From assembly GCF_004010195.1 (NCBI RefSeq), contig NC_057751.1, positions 11,646,578-11,710,577 of the forward strand: 64,000 nt of DNA. The letters run 5' to 3'. Source of the DNA: Chiloscyllium plagiosum. Lineage: Eukaryota. Both the position numbers and the translations under genes were made by a program. Under the pieces are notes generated by a model. That model had not been told where the DNA came from. It searched no databases and saw nothing but the letters and a program-made list of their open reading frames with translations. Positions 50,612-63,780 of the stretch are shown piece by piece (positions within the stretch are counted from its first letter, which is position 1; every line of letters begins with the position of its first letter).

Positions 50612-50750
50612 TCATTAAAAAATCCCAAAGACCTTTGGATGCTGAAAATCATAAACAAAAATAGAAATTGCTGGAAAAGCTCAGCAGATCTGGCAGCATG
50701 TGTGGAGAGAAAGCACAGTTAATGTTTTGGATCCAGTGACCCTTCTGCAG
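50612..50750 (-). mobile_element. Second-family PLE terminal fragment
   Basis: ggatgctgaaaatc..agaaattgctggaaaagctcagcag..gttaatgttttggatccagtgaccctt. Confidence 0.65.
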
Positions 50751-50862
50751 AAAACTGTCACTGCCGACTGTGGACAGCTGCCTTAATTTTATTTGCAAAT
50801 CGAATTGTACAATTTAAATAAAATAGTTATTTTTCTTTTAACAAAATGAATTAGGGTTGAAA

Positions 50863-51098
50863 GGAGTCCAGATTAGAGTGGTGCTGGAAAAGCACAGCAC
50901 GTCAGCCAGCATCCAAGGAGTAGGAAAATCGACGTTTTAGGCAAGAGCTCTTCATCAGGATTCCTGTTTCCTGATGAAGGGCTCCTGCCCAAAACGTTGA
51001 TTTTCCTGCTTCTCTGGTCCTGCCTGACCTGCTGTGCTTTTCCAGCACCACTCTAATCTTGGCTGTAATCTCCACCATCTGCAGTCCTCACTTTCGCC
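50863..51098. mobile_element. Palindromic PLE insert with ~11-bp TSD
   Basis: Arms centred on cttcatcagga|ttcctgtt|tcctgatgaag. TSD tagggttgaaa (50852-50862) and tagagttgaaa (51099-51109). Confidence 0.85.
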
Positions 51099-52847
51099 TA
51101 GAGTTGAAATGACACTCGCCATCTCCCATTGTGTAGTAATGGTTCTGAACATCAATCATTCTGGATGGATAGTAGAAGAATTGATCAGGTGGTCAAAACT
51201 GGCTTCAAATAACAAACTTTATTATGTTGAGAACTGTAGTGGGGTGGACTAGGCTAACTGCAAACCAAGAGCTCACAAAAGGGACCACTCGAGTACGAAA
51301 AATTAAACAATCCAAACAACTGGTCCACTCAGATGGTCAGGGGGTGGAAAGAGAGAGAGAGAGAGAAAGTGTCTGATTTGTCTTCACAAAGAACAGATTC
51401 ACCACCATTTAAAATTGACAACATCTTTTTCTGGAAACCCAGAGCCAGAACCTTCTAATTTGTGTGACTTGGGTACCTTCAAGGACTGAAATTTGGTCCC
51501 AATTTACATCTTGCATTTTTGCTCATGACCTGAGTGCATGTTTTGACTCTGAAATCCATCTTTAATTGGATACATGTCACGGTTGCTGTTGGAGTATGTT
51601 TTCAGTTTCAGCATGTTATGTGAGTAAATATGACCCTTCCTTTTGATATGAACTTTCCAAAGCCTGCATTGTGCTTAATCTTGAAAAGAAGAAGGTTTGA
51701 AAACTCACTGATCCATAAGCATGCCATTCAGTCTTTCCATTATTTTGTTTCATGAGTAGCAACATACCATTCTAATCAATAAACAAATAAATTGATAAGT
51801 TGAGGACAAACAGCAATTCAGTTGCTTTGGTCATTTCCAACATTATCCAAACCTGCATGTTTGTGTCTTCTGCTAACTCAATTTTTCTAACCTCCCTTAT
51901 TTGTTTGTCCTCCAATTATTAATGTATCTGTCCCTGCAGTTCAATGCTTCATGAAATGATTTGATTCTAGACCTATTCCCTACTTCATGACAGAAAGAGA
52001 GGGGAGAGAGTCTGTATGTGTGCTTGTGTGTGTTCGCAGACCAACCATTGATGTTCCTTCTTATTTTCCCCTCTTTCAAGAGGTACTTCCCCGAAAGCTA
52101 TACCTGAACTGGGGGAATCACTGGTTTGAACCACAGTGTTTCAGACTCACTCACATCGGTATTTAGAAGAGGTTTTGCAGAACTTTCTTCTTCCAACTAC
52201 TGTGTTTAAATTATGTGGCAATGACTAGGTCATCTCTAGTCCAAGGATGTTTCACAAGAAGAAGATTTCAGCAATCCAAATGGGAGGCACTTACAGTTTG
52301 TATTAGTCAATACATATGTTACGTTTGGGTTCTGAAGATTGAACGGATACCACAGGAACCAGTTGCCTTCACAGAAGATATTTACTGTTTGTTTCTAAAG
52401 GGAAATAGTTTGTGTGCATTTTCTGTGAAGGTAAGAAGGTGATTTTCTTATTTTACTCTGGTTTTGCTGTTACCCTCACACTGCCACAGTGAAACCTCTT
52501 CAATCAGGGAGATGGCCAAAGAACGTCCAATGTCATTGCCCAGCTAGCTCTTACAGAAAACCAACCCTTGTCGGGCAGGATCATTGTTGCACCTTGCCAT
52601 TACAAAATATCTGTCACTATTATTCAAAATGCGATCAATCGTTCTTAGCTGCATGGAGATGGCAAGTGCTGCACAAACGCAATCTAATGTGATATAGGTG
52701 AACTTCAATGAAGTCCGCAAGGAAAGGCATATTTCAAACTGCTTGGAAATGGCTCTTTTTAGTAGCTATCTCATTTATAATGTATTTTGTATTTAAGATA
52801 CAGATTCTTTCCTTGGAGAGAAACCAAGCAGTGTCCTCAAGTTCATT

Positions 52848-52879
<32 letters not shown>
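52848..52879. repeat. (GA)n microsatellite
   Basis: gagagagagagagaaagagagagagagagaga. Shorter (GA)n tracts at ~1364-1376 and ~51350-51367. Confidence 0.9.
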
Positions 52880-53449
52880 TGGGTACTGAGAGGCTGGGCT
52901 CATTATCTCTCCCACTAACTTCATTATGACTTAGTCCCTCACTTGTTTCCTGCCCCTTCCATTGTTGGTACACTGTCCCTGGCAAGCAGTGTTAGTAATT
53001 TGGACAGTTGGGTGATTAGGTCATTTGATGATGGGTTCTTAAAATTAAAGAAGAATTGAGTTCTGAATTTGGAAGCTTATTAAATTGGTGGTGCGATGAT
53101 GAGAAAAAGAGATGAGTTCTACAGGGGCCTAGCGCTGCTAACAAACCAGTTGCTACCACATGGTCCCATTGACTCCTCCCAATGGCTTTGTCCCCAAAAT
53201 TGAGAAGAGATTGGTTGTTCTTTTTTCTGGGACAAGATGATGTTCTGGATGACTGCAGAGGTGATAGAGTGTCCCCATGAAGGAGGACAGTTAGTCGGTG
53301 TGTGCCATTGCACTGAGGCGGCAATTTTCTGCCTTCCTGCAGCAAGACATTTATGTCAAGCCTCATTCCAGATGGTGTGCCCTGGCAATGCATTCCTTCT
53401 GCCTGCTTCACTGCCTGAATTAAGACACACACCTCCTGTGTATAGGCAG

Positions 53450-54130
53450 TGAGTGGGAGGGGGGCACATTCTGCAGGGAAGTCCTAAACCACTGCTTGTC
53501 TTTTACCAGGACCTTATCGAAGTCTGAAATGCAACGACCTTTGCTGCACCTTATCATGAGTAGCACGTACCTTCATATAGCCTCCATTTTCGAGTGTTTG
53601 AGTGGCTAGTGGAAGGGTCATCTGTGATTGTGAGGGTGACCAATGTTAGGGATCAGTTGGGTACTGAAGGAGTGGGCCAAATGTCACCACAGAAGCTGGT
53701 GGATTGTGCGGTAGTGGACCAAGCTCATAGCTAACACAGTCTGTAACCTGAGAACAGCAGTGCTTGTAATTCACAGGCTGGAGGACCCTGAGGTGTGCAG
53801 TAGTCACTTATCTCCACACCCAGCTTGGAAGGGATTCCACATCGGCTCTTGGTTCAAGAATCTCCATGAACAGCCTGATCCGCGCCATGGGAATTACCTT
53901 GATGTCTTTTAGTGGAGTATGAGAAGTCTCCTGTGCTGCAATCCATTTCTTCTCCTTTATCTGCCACCTGGACATGCCTTTCCACCACTGGGCAGTGAAG
54001 AGTTCTTGATGTAGATGTCCTTTCACTTGCCATTGGGGACCTGGGATGCAGGGTGTTGCCTGCAGCAACCCTATATAATCGTGGAATAAAGTGCATTCCA
54101 AAAGCCACCTGTTTGATTTGCAACGTTGTG
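53450..54130 (+). mobile_element. Possible highly degraded Harbinger-type transposase remnant
   Basis: aagggattccac..gttcaag resembles RKGFHSLNVQ, and gttgcctgcagcaaccctatataat resembles VACATLHN, both with frameshifts. Weak. Confidence 0.3.
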
Positions 54131-55348
54131 GAGTCGATGTATCACATGAGTTTAGGTTGTCACATCACCTGTTTAGTTCTCTTAACAATCTTTTGTTGTT
54201 CTTTACGTCACACTTCAGGCCCATACTCCTGTAGTTTGGGCATCTGGTGTGGAATGGGGTTATGTTTCCTAACTGTGTGCTCCTCTACTGCAGTAATGTC
54301 AGTGCCTCTGAATAGGGTATGTATGATGTTCATTGGCTAACCTCAAAGTTCTTGGAGATCAGGAATTATGGGGGCTGGAGTGCATTATCTCCTCTCCTGA
54401 CAGCATTTGCCCCTGATGGGCAATGTCGGTCACTTGTTAATTGGCTAATTTGGTGGTGGGTTTCTTCATTAAAAAAGAGTTGAGTTCTTCCCCAGTGAAG
54501 GGGCAAGGTTTGCCTTCTAGGCTGGGAAGGTGTTTGGCAAAGGTGAAAACATACCTTTTTGTTGGACATTAGATTTTACAATAAAACCTTTGTAGATCCC
54601 TGAAAATCTTTTGCTGCCTATGTTGACATATGGGTATTGGTGCACGAAACAGTTAATCTTTAAATTCAGGTCATCACAAGTCATCGACTCTTCAGACTAA
54701 TTACTTCATACCTCCAGTTACACAGGAACCACTTGAAGGTGTATTCTAATAATCCAATCTAATAATCCAAATAAACTAATTCAAAACCCACCATGAGATT
54801 TGAGATTTAAAGTCGGCAGCACTGGGCTCAGTGCCTCCCATCAAGTTCTATGTTGGTTTACACTTAATGAACAGAGTCTCAATTGGCTGCTCATGGTCAT
54901 GTCACTGTAGTCTAACAAGAATATCTCAGAAGAGAAGGAGCAAGAAAACAGTCAGAGAACAGGAGAAGATTAAAATCTAAGATTGATATGAAGCATGAAT
55001 TATGCTGTGTAATTGATATGAGGCAATAGCTGTAATAGCTTCAGAAATGCATTAGGCAAGCCATAGTTCTATGTATGCATGACCCCCATTCAGGGAATGA
55101 ACTCTGGTTATTAGATGTTTACCTAAATCATTATAGACCTTTTACTCTGGTGATTTTGTGCTGTCACTTTGTGAGTCTGTAATAATTGCTCGTCACCTGC
55201 AAGAGAGCCAGCGCAAGTGCTCCCAGATGTTTTTAAACTCCATTCTGTCTCATATACTACTTCTTTTCTGCAGCCAGGATATGGTTTTCCTGAGGTAGGG
55301 TCTGACATCCCTTGACGTCTGTGCATTCAGAAATTGGGCCAACTTTGT

Positions 55349-56330
55349 GTCATAGTCTTAGAGTCTTAGAGGCGTACAGCACGGAAACAGACCCACCGGT
55401 CCAACTCATCCATGCCGACCAGATATCCTGACCCTATCTAGTCCCATCTGCCAGCACCTGGCCCATATCCCTCCAAAACCTTGCTATTCATTTACGTATC
55501 CATATACCTTTTAAATGTTATAATCGTTCGAGCCTCCACCACTTCCTCTGGCAGCCCATTCCATACAGGCACCACCCTCTGCGTGAAAAAGTTGCCCCTT
55601 AGGTTATATCTTTCCCCTCTCACCCTAAAACTATGCCCTTTAGTTCTGGACTTCCCGACCCCAGGGAAAAGACTTTGTCTATTTATCCTATCCATGCCCC
55701 TCATAATTTTGTAAACCTCTATAAGGTCACCCCTCAGCCTCCGATGCTCCAGTGAAAACAGCTCGAGCCTATTCAACCTCTCCCTGTAGCTCAAATCTTC
55801 CAACCCTGGCAACATCCTTGTAAATCTTTTCTAAACCCTTTCAAGTTTCACAACATCCTTCCAGTAGAAAGGAGACCAGAATTGCATGCAATATTCCAAA
55901 AGTGGCCGAACCAATGTCCTGTACAGCCACAGCATGACCTTCCAACTCCTGTACTCAATACTCTGACCAATAAAGGAAAGCACACCAAACGCTTTCTTCA
56001 CTATCCTATCTACCTGCAACACTATTTTCAAGGAGCTATGAACCTGTACTCCATGGTCTCTTTGTTCAGCCACACTCCCTTGGACCTTACCATTAAGTGT
56101 ATAAGTCCTGCTAAGATTTGCTTCCCCAAAATGCAGCACCTTGCATTTATCTAAATTAAACTCCATCTGCCACTTCTCATCTGATCAAGATCCTGTTGTA
56201 ATCTGAGTTAACCTTCTTCGCTGTCCACTACACTTTCAATTTTGGTATCATCTGCAAGCTTACTAACTATACCTCTTATGCTCACATCCAAAACACTTAT
56301 ATTATTGAAGATAAGTAGTGGACGTAGCAC
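55349..56330 (-). mobile_element. CR1/HER1-like LINE, RT C-terminus to 3' end
   Basis: ORFs 55831-56166 and 55492-55815 (MEFNLDKCKVLHFG..., LRGDLIEVYKIMRG). Confidence 0.93.
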
Positions 56331-56359
56331 TGTGATTGAAATGATTGATAGTGCAGCCA

Positions 56360-57125
56360 TATGAATTATGAGCAGGAGTGGGCCACTCAGAAGCTTGAGG
56401 CTGCTTCCTCATTCGAATAGATCATGCTTGATCTGATGACTGCAGATTCCCACCTACCCCTGATAACACAGAACATAGAATAATACAGCGCAGAACAGGC
56501 CTTTTGGCCCTCAATGTTGTGCCAACCTGTGCACTATTCTGAGCTCGTCCCCCTACACTATCCCAAAATCATCCATGTGCTTATCTAAGGATTGTTTAAA
56601 TCTCCCTAATGTGGCTGAGTTGACTACATTAGCAGGGAGGGCCTTCCACGCCCTTACCACTCTTTTGACCCCTCTGTCTACCTCTGCCTTAAAAAAAGTC
56701 AAAGATTCTATTTTCACCACTTTTTGAGGAAGAGTTCCAAAGATTGACAACCCTTAGTGATCAAAACAAGTCCTCATCTCTTTATTAAGTGGGTAACCTC
56801 TTATTTTGAAACAATGGGATCTCGTTCTAGCTTCTTTCCATCCTACCAAGATCCCTTTGGATGTTTCTTACCTGTTTCAATCAAGTTGCTTTTTAATCTT
56901 CTAAACCCCAGCGGTTGTGAGCCTAGCCTGCTTAATCTTACTTAAGAAGTCAAACCACTTCATTCCAGGTCTTAGTCGAGCAAACCTCTGAACTGCTTCA
57001 ATTCATTTGCATCCTTCCCTGTACACAGACCAATACTTGTATAGAGAACTCCAGATTATGTTTCACCAATGCCCTGTAACTGAAACGTATTATCCCTACT
57101 TTTGTATTTAATTCCACTCACAATA
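56360..57125 (-). mobile_element. Older CR1-like 3' fragment with a nested younger LINE tail (56466-56662)
   Basis: Tail motifs as at 276-900. The nested piece starts aacacagaacatagaataatacagcgcagaacaggcc. Confidence 0.6.
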
Positions 57126-57530
57126 ATTAGACCAAGTGTTAGTGGCTCAAGTTTGTGACTATTGCAGTGAACCACTTGCCCACACTCCTGCTGCTGTCAC
57201 AATGGGATTCTTCACATGGTTATGTGTTAAGAGTATATGGTTATGTTCAGAGTAACAGTATCTTGAAGATCTGTAAAAGAGCCAGTCACATGAAATGAGA
57301 TTCACTGTATACTTCTGCTGCAGTGCCATACGTAAACATGTTGACCTATTGCAGTGGGGACTGAACCAAACCAAAAGCTGTAAATGCTGGGCATGCTGGA
57401 GATACTTTACTGGCCTGTCTGTCTCTGAAACAAGAGAAAGCCATGGTGTCATATTCTGTTTGTGTGGGAATCTTTCATTTGAAAATTGTCAAAATGCTTC
57501 TGTGGTGTTTGACTTTTCTGCTCTTTTTAT

Positions 57531-57693
57531 GAGTCCAAAGATTTGCAGGCCAGGTGAATTGGCCATGCTAAATTGCCCGTAGTGTTAGGTAAAGGGGTAA
57601 ATGTAGGGGAATAGGTGGGTTGTGCTTCGGTGGGTCGGTGTGGACTTGTTGGGCCAAAGGACCTGTTTCCACACTGTAAGTAATCTAATCTAA
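57531..57693 (+). mobile_element. HE1/V-SINE-like SINE, 3' half
   Basis: gtccaaagat..caggtgaattggccatgctaaattgcccgtagtg...taatctaatctaat. Confidence 0.85.
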
Positions 57694-57986
57694 TGTGCAG
57701 GAATAAATCTTCAACATTTTGAACATCCTCCAGCAGTTCTTGTGAAATTGGTGGAGATAAGTGGTGATGTGCTGCTGTGGTATGCTGAGAACAGCAGTCA
57801 ATGTTGATGTAGAAGTCAAGGGCGTGTGGTCTCTGAATTTTTTGTGCATTCTCTGGTCCTATTAATTCCAGGCTGAAGCTCCCTCTGACCACTGTCCCAC
57901 TCTGAACAGAAAACTCATCAATAGTTATTGAGAAAACTGGACAGTCATTCAGAATGTATCTCACCTAATTTTTATTTGGTTTGTAG

Positions 57987-58035
57987 GTCAGTGAAGCAAC
58001 TGCAAAGCAGAAACCAAAAGCTGAATTTTGTTTTG
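57987..58035 (+). CDS. PLEKHA2: Coding exon 3 (49 nt): VSEATAKQKPKAEFCF+G
   Basis: Acceptor tttatttggtttgtAG, donor TTG|gtaagt. KQKPK and the 16-residue length match PLEKHA2; PLEKHA1 is one residue shorter here as recalled. Confidence 0.9.
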
Positions 58036-59087
58036 GTAAGTGTTAATGGAGATGCTTAAATATTGACTCCGGGTAGGTTTAGCCACTCTTGGAATCTCTT
58101 ACGTCTAATTCCCTGGTAAAATTGGACAATGCAAAACAGTTAGGTGGTTTTATTCCTTCAAAGTTGATGCAAACTGAAGATCCTCCATGTGCTTTGATGT
58201 GTACAGTGGCCCTGGGAGAGCAAAACTGTGAAATATCTGTTCCTCCTGACAGAAACAATTCATTTATTGCAGACAAGTCATGCTGACAGCCGACAGATTC
58301 AGCATTCACACCACTCTATGCTCTTTATCATTGAACTGTGGTTCTGATTCTGGTTAGGAACAATAGCATAGAGGATACTCCTGAGGACCGATTGATCTGT
58401 CAATGCCATGTCAATGCCTTGAAAACCCACTAATGCTCTTTCTGTTCCTCCTTGTATGTGGGACAGTCATCACACTATTGTGTGATACAACAACCTTTTG
58501 GAAGGTCCCACTTCTACAGAAAGAAATTTTGAACAACTTCTCCATTTCATAGTAAGCATTGCACAGACATCAGATCTGTTTAGCTTTCACCTGGTAACCA
58601 CAAGCATTTGAATCCATCAGGTTTAATTTATCATTTCTGAGCTGAAGTGCTTGGAAAGTTTCAATAATCAATCTTGTCACATGACAAGTTCTTTTCTCTT
58701 TAAAAAGCCCATGTTCTAAATTATGCCTCTCTTAACTCAAAGTCCTGCTCCATTTCATCAGAATGTTTTGGAATGGGTCAACCTCCTGAGGTCTTAACTC
58801 TTTCAGACATAATTGGTGTAGTGACGAAGTTGAAATCTTAGCTCACTGTGTTTAGATTTCCATCCTCATCCAAATGATATAACATTAATTGTTTGGCTGC
58901 TGGCAATATGTTCTCTGGAACTGGCTCTTTGCCACAGCCTGGATTTTTTTGTCTGAAATGCAAACCTCACTGCAACTCTGATGTGACATCAGGACCTGAA
59001 ACTGTTTTGCCTGGATCCTGTATTTTTAAAAGCTTTGTAGTGCTGGTAAATCAAATTGGACAAAAACATGAAAAAGCAGGCAGAGGT

Positions 59088-59413
59088 GGGTGGCACAGTG
59101 GCTAGCACTGCTGCCTCACAGCACCTGAGATCCGGGTTCAATTCCCGCCTCAGGCGACTGACTGTGTGGAGTTTGCACATTCTCCCCGTGTCTGCGTGGG
59201 TTTCCTCCGGGTGCTCCGGTTTCCTCCCACAATCCAAAGATGTGCAGGTTAGGTGAATTGGCCATGCTAAATTGCCCATGCTAAATTGCCCGTAGTGTCA
59301 GGTAAGGGGTAAATGTAGGGGCATGGGTGGGTTGCGCTTCGGCGGGTCGGTGTGGACTTGTTGGGCCGAAGGGCCTGTTTCCACGCTGTAATGTAATCTA
59401 ATCTAAAAAAAAA
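59088..59413 (+). mobile_element. HE1/V-SINE-like SINE, full length
   Basis: tRNA head (tggcacagtggctagcactgctgcctcacagc..gggttcaattcc), conserved core, aatct/poly-A tail. Internal 14-bp tandem duplication at 59262-59289. Confidence 0.92.
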
Positions 59414-59581
59414 GTTTATAAACTCAATTGTCAAGCACAATTGGGGTTCTTTAAATAGTGCTGCTCCCTTCATCTTGTCAACTCACTTTTGCAGCCCATC
59501 TGCACAATCTGTTGTTACCATTAATGAAGGTGGATGGGGTGAACTGTGTAAAAACCAGAGACAGACATACATGCAAAACAT

Positions 59582-60500
59582 TTTGCAAGATGACACCAAA
59601 ATTGGAGGTGTAGTCGGCAGTGAAGAACGTTACCTCAGATTACAACAGGATTTTGACAGATGGACCAATGGGCCGAGAAGTGGCAGATGGAGTTTAATTC
59701 AGATAAATGCGAGGTTCTGCATTTTGGGAAAGCAAATCTTAGCAGGACTTATACACTTAATGGTAAGGTCCTAGGAAGTGTTGCTGAACAAAGAGACCTT
59801 GGAGTGCAGGTTCATACCTCCTTGAAAGTGGAGTCGCAGGTAGATAGGATAGTGAAAAAGGCGTTAGGTATGTTTTCTTTTATTGGTCAGAGTATTGAGT
59901 ACAGGAGTTGAGATGTCATGTTGCGATTGTACAAGACATTAGTTCGGCCACTGTTGGAATATTGTGTGCAATTCTGGTCTCTTTCCTATTGGAAAGTTGT
60001 TGTGAAATTTGAAAGGGTTCAGAAAAGATTTACAAGCATGTTGCCAGGGTTGAAGGATTTGAGCTATAGGGAGAGGCTGAACAGGCTGGGGCTGTTTTCC
60101 TTGGAGTGTCGGAGGCTGAGGGGTGACCTTATAGAGGTTTATAAAATTATGAGGGGCATGGATAGGATAAATAGGCGAAGTCTTTTCCCTGGGGTTGGGG
60201 AGTCAAGAACTAGAGGGCATAGGTTTAGGGTGAGAGGGGAAAGATATAAAAGGGACCTAAGTGGCAACTTTTTCACACAGAGGGTGGTACGTGTATGGAA
60301 TGAGCTACCAGAGGAAGTGGTGGAGGCTGGTACAATTGCAACATTTAAAAGGCATTTGGATGGGTATATGAATAGGAAGGGTTTGGAGGGACATGGGCCC
60401 GGCGCTGGCAGGTGGGACTAGATCGGGTTGGGATGTCTGATCGGCATGGACGGGTTGGACGAAAGGGTCTGTTTCCATGCTGTACATCTTAATGACTGTA
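59582..60500 (+). mobile_element. Young CR1/HER1-like LINE, RT C-terminus to 3' end
   Basis: ORFs 59660-59911 and 59918-60421 are in one frame, separated by a single TGG>TGA stop. Confidence 0.95.
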
Positions 60501-62151
60501 TCTCTTGAGGAATGCAGGTCAAACATTTTGCATTCCCGTGAAGCTGATGTTTGACGGTGGGCAGGTGGGGACTGCAGTTAAGGAGATGTGTGGGCACAGG
60601 AGGCCTGGCTCCCTGACTTCTTCCCACCTCCAGGTGCTTTGCCCAGAAATGGAACTCTCCAGCAACATGAGCGAGACAGTGTTAGGCAGATGGTTATGCC
60701 AGTAAATGAAGTATTGACTAGGTATGTGGTGAGCAGTCTGCAGTCTTGCTAGCATGGTGCACCTACTCTTTCCCATCCTCAGCTGTGTCCCAAACCTGCC
60801 AGTTAAGGCAGATAGCTGCACAGTGGAGGTAGATTCTGTGTAACATAGAGATGAGGTTATGCTGGCAAAAAAAATGGCACCTCACAGCTTTGCCATTGAG
60901 TATGGAAATGATGGTGATGGGTGCTTCCTGTTGCTCATGGTAGCCCGAGTGCTTCCCTCCCATTTCTGCTGCTTGGGCCTATCAGGCCAGTCAGCAGGAA
61001 CTGCACTGCCCTCAGCTCCCAACTAAGAACATACCCCCACAGCAAAACCTAAATGAGGTCCCCAATGAGCTAAAAGGAAATGTTGGGCAACAGAAGCCAG
61101 TGCTAAAATTAAGTTCCAGACTCCCAGGGGAAAATTCACTCACTAATGTCAAGTGTGTTGATGCTGTGGCGAAGAAAGGTCAAGCGATCTGGAGGACAGA
61201 AACAAGGATTTGTTTCCAATGCGGGACATGTCCAAGGCTCAGGAGATGTTGATGACAGGATTTGGTGGTGAAGCAGGCAGGATTAACACGTTTGAATCAT
61301 GCATAAAACAACGAGATTCAGTTTGAGTTTCTCAAGTTTGGGGCTAGGCCTTTCCTGAGCGGGTGAATTCGCCAGGTTACACATCGAGCTGGCAGTGAGC
61401 TGAACTGACGTAAACTGATGTACAGATAAAGCAGGTGTTAAAAATCAACCACAAGTTAGTAACGGATGAAAGAATACGTGGGCAGGTTGTGAAAGCCAAT
61501 AGAGCTGCCTCCACATGTTCTTTTTGTGAGACCTTTCAGCTAGTCTCCAAGTGGAAAGCCAACATCCTTTCTGGGTTGTAACAGTTTCGAAAAAACAGAT
61601 ACAAAATGTTGTGTTTGCTTGTGGCACTTTTGTTCTATAGTTATATAGCATTTCAGAAGTAAGAGTGCATTCCAAATGTGGTTTTCTTAAAGTGTCCCAC
61701 CTTCACCCACAACTATTTTTGGACATTGTAAACAATGTCAACAGCCCCTTCGGTCTCCAAGTCAACAATCATGCATTGCTTTGGTCTGTCATATCTTCCT
61801 TGAAGGGCTGAACTAGGCATACGTCTCAGCACCTACTTCATGAAGTAGCAAGCTCCATCTCATCAGCTGGCCCATACATTATTTGCTCACAGACTCAACT
61901 TTGTGCATCAGAATGGACCTATCTCACTTCATATTTTTATCCTGTTTCTTTACATGGGGTGGGTGTACAAGCCTCAAGTTGACTTCACCCACTTAGCACA
62001 GCAGAGCTTGAATTGACTGCAGCTCATTGGAGTAAGCAAAATCATCATACCATGGCTTAGTTCACCACAACACCCAACTCCATTTTAAATGAACATCTTG
62101 AATTCTACTAACAGTTTACTTGTTCAATGCAATATACATGTATTTCAGTGA

Positions 62152-62358
<207 letters not shown>

Positions 62359-62963
62359 TGATGTCACTGCTTCAACCCATGCTACTTTTGGCCAAACTCA
62401 AACACAGCAGTCAGCTTGCCTTCTGAAGGTTATTGAGTAGGCTATACACCCTCATTAACTGGCTCCAACGTTCGGTGACCACATAGCTGATCTGTTCCTG
62501 AACAGCAATGATCTTCCTTAGCTCTATGTCCTTTCACACCATGACCTAATAGAGAAAAGAAAATCTATATGTCTCAGTTTTGAAAGCTCCAATTATCTAA
62601 GCATTAGCAGTCAGGATGAACAATGCAAGTTCCTTCAAAGAAGTGAACCACCAGACTAAAAATGTATTCAGTGCAGGTGAAGAAAACAGACAATCACATT
62701 TTGTGGAGAGGCTGTTCTCCACAAGAGGTTATAAGACATGTGAATACAATCAGAAACAAGTGGGAGGGAAAAGAACACATTGCCATGATAAACAAACATA
62801 GGCAAACCCAGAGAGGTTTGAGTGGGATGATATGAGTCATTATCTCAGTTAGTTAACAAAATACAGTAAAGAGTTCAATAAACTATAGTGTGTTAATTTC
62901 AGCCAGAGGTGCTCAGGTTAGAGGAGCTGCACACGTCACGTGCCATATTGAGAATAAAACAGA

Positions 62964-63096
62964 GCCCTTCCTGAAGAAGGGTTCATGCTCGAAACGTCGA
63001 TTCTTCTGCTCCTTGGATGCTGCCTGACCTTCTGCGCTTTTCCAGAAACACATTTTCAGCTCTGATCTCTAGCATCTGCAGTCCTCACTTTCTCCT
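62964..63096 (+). mobile_element. Solo short PLE insert with 11-bp TSD and hammerhead motif
   Basis: TSD aataaaacaga at 62953-62963 and 63097-63107. Motif ttc-CTGAAGA-a-gggt(tcat)gctc-GAAA-cg-TC-ga. Ends ...ctcactttctcct. Confidence 0.85.
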
Positions 63097-63469
63097 AATA
63101 AAACAGATATGCAAGGCTCTGAGAAACAGTCATCTGAGTCTTGGCACATAGTGAATGATAGATGATGGACAATAATAATCTTTTACAAAATTAATACAAT
63201 GAGCACAGAACTGTAACACTACAGCAGGATCCAGCAAGATATGGATAGTTTCATATTGGGTTCGCGCTGGTTGAGGTAGAGTGTGGTCTTCAATCCTACT
63301 TTCAATGATGAGCCTACTGATTTGTCTCATTATCAGTCATAGAGGATAGATTAAAGAAGAAGACACAGTTGTCTTATCTAACGTAAGGGAGCTTTTTGTC
63401 CAATAGCAATGGTTACAAGTTACATTGATAGTCTGACATCATTATGCCTTAACTGCCAGGAATTAGAGA

Positions 63470-63780
63470 TAACACATCTGTCTCCATTAGGATCATTTGC
63501 TCAACTGCCTGATTTTTTTTAATCCAAAGACCATGTGACAGAATCAAATCTGATGGATCAGGTAGAATTAAGTTTTTCATGGACCCATTATCTTAAAAGC
63601 CCACCACCAAAAGTCCCTTTGGGAAGGAAATCTGCAATTCTATCTTGGCTCCAGATTCACAGCAATGTGGCTCTTAACTGCTCTCTGAAAGTGCCCAGAG
63701 AGTCAGTCAGTTCAACACCAATGAGGGATGGGCAACACATATAGAAACACCACATCAGATACAAGAATGACAAAGAAAAA
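63470..63780 (+). mobile_element. Degraded SINE of the 31410 family
   Basis: gtccctttgggaaggaaatctgc...ctccagattcacagcaatgtggctcttaactgc...agggatgggcaac. Confidence 0.6.

Noticed and set aside
57527..57964. 145-aa minus-strand ORF next to coding exon 3
   Set aside because: Its C-terminal part is antisense SINE sequence and the rest has no recognisable homology.
43986..57986. Acceptors exactly 14,000 bp apart; introns 1 and 2 both ~21 kb
   Set aside because: No sequence duplication supports it. Treated as coincidence.
59660..60421. CR1 ORFs (also 47994-48458, 55492-56166, 19080-19572) as host genes
   Set aside because: 5'-truncated LINE ORF2 fragments with stops or frameshifts, repeated many times in the window.
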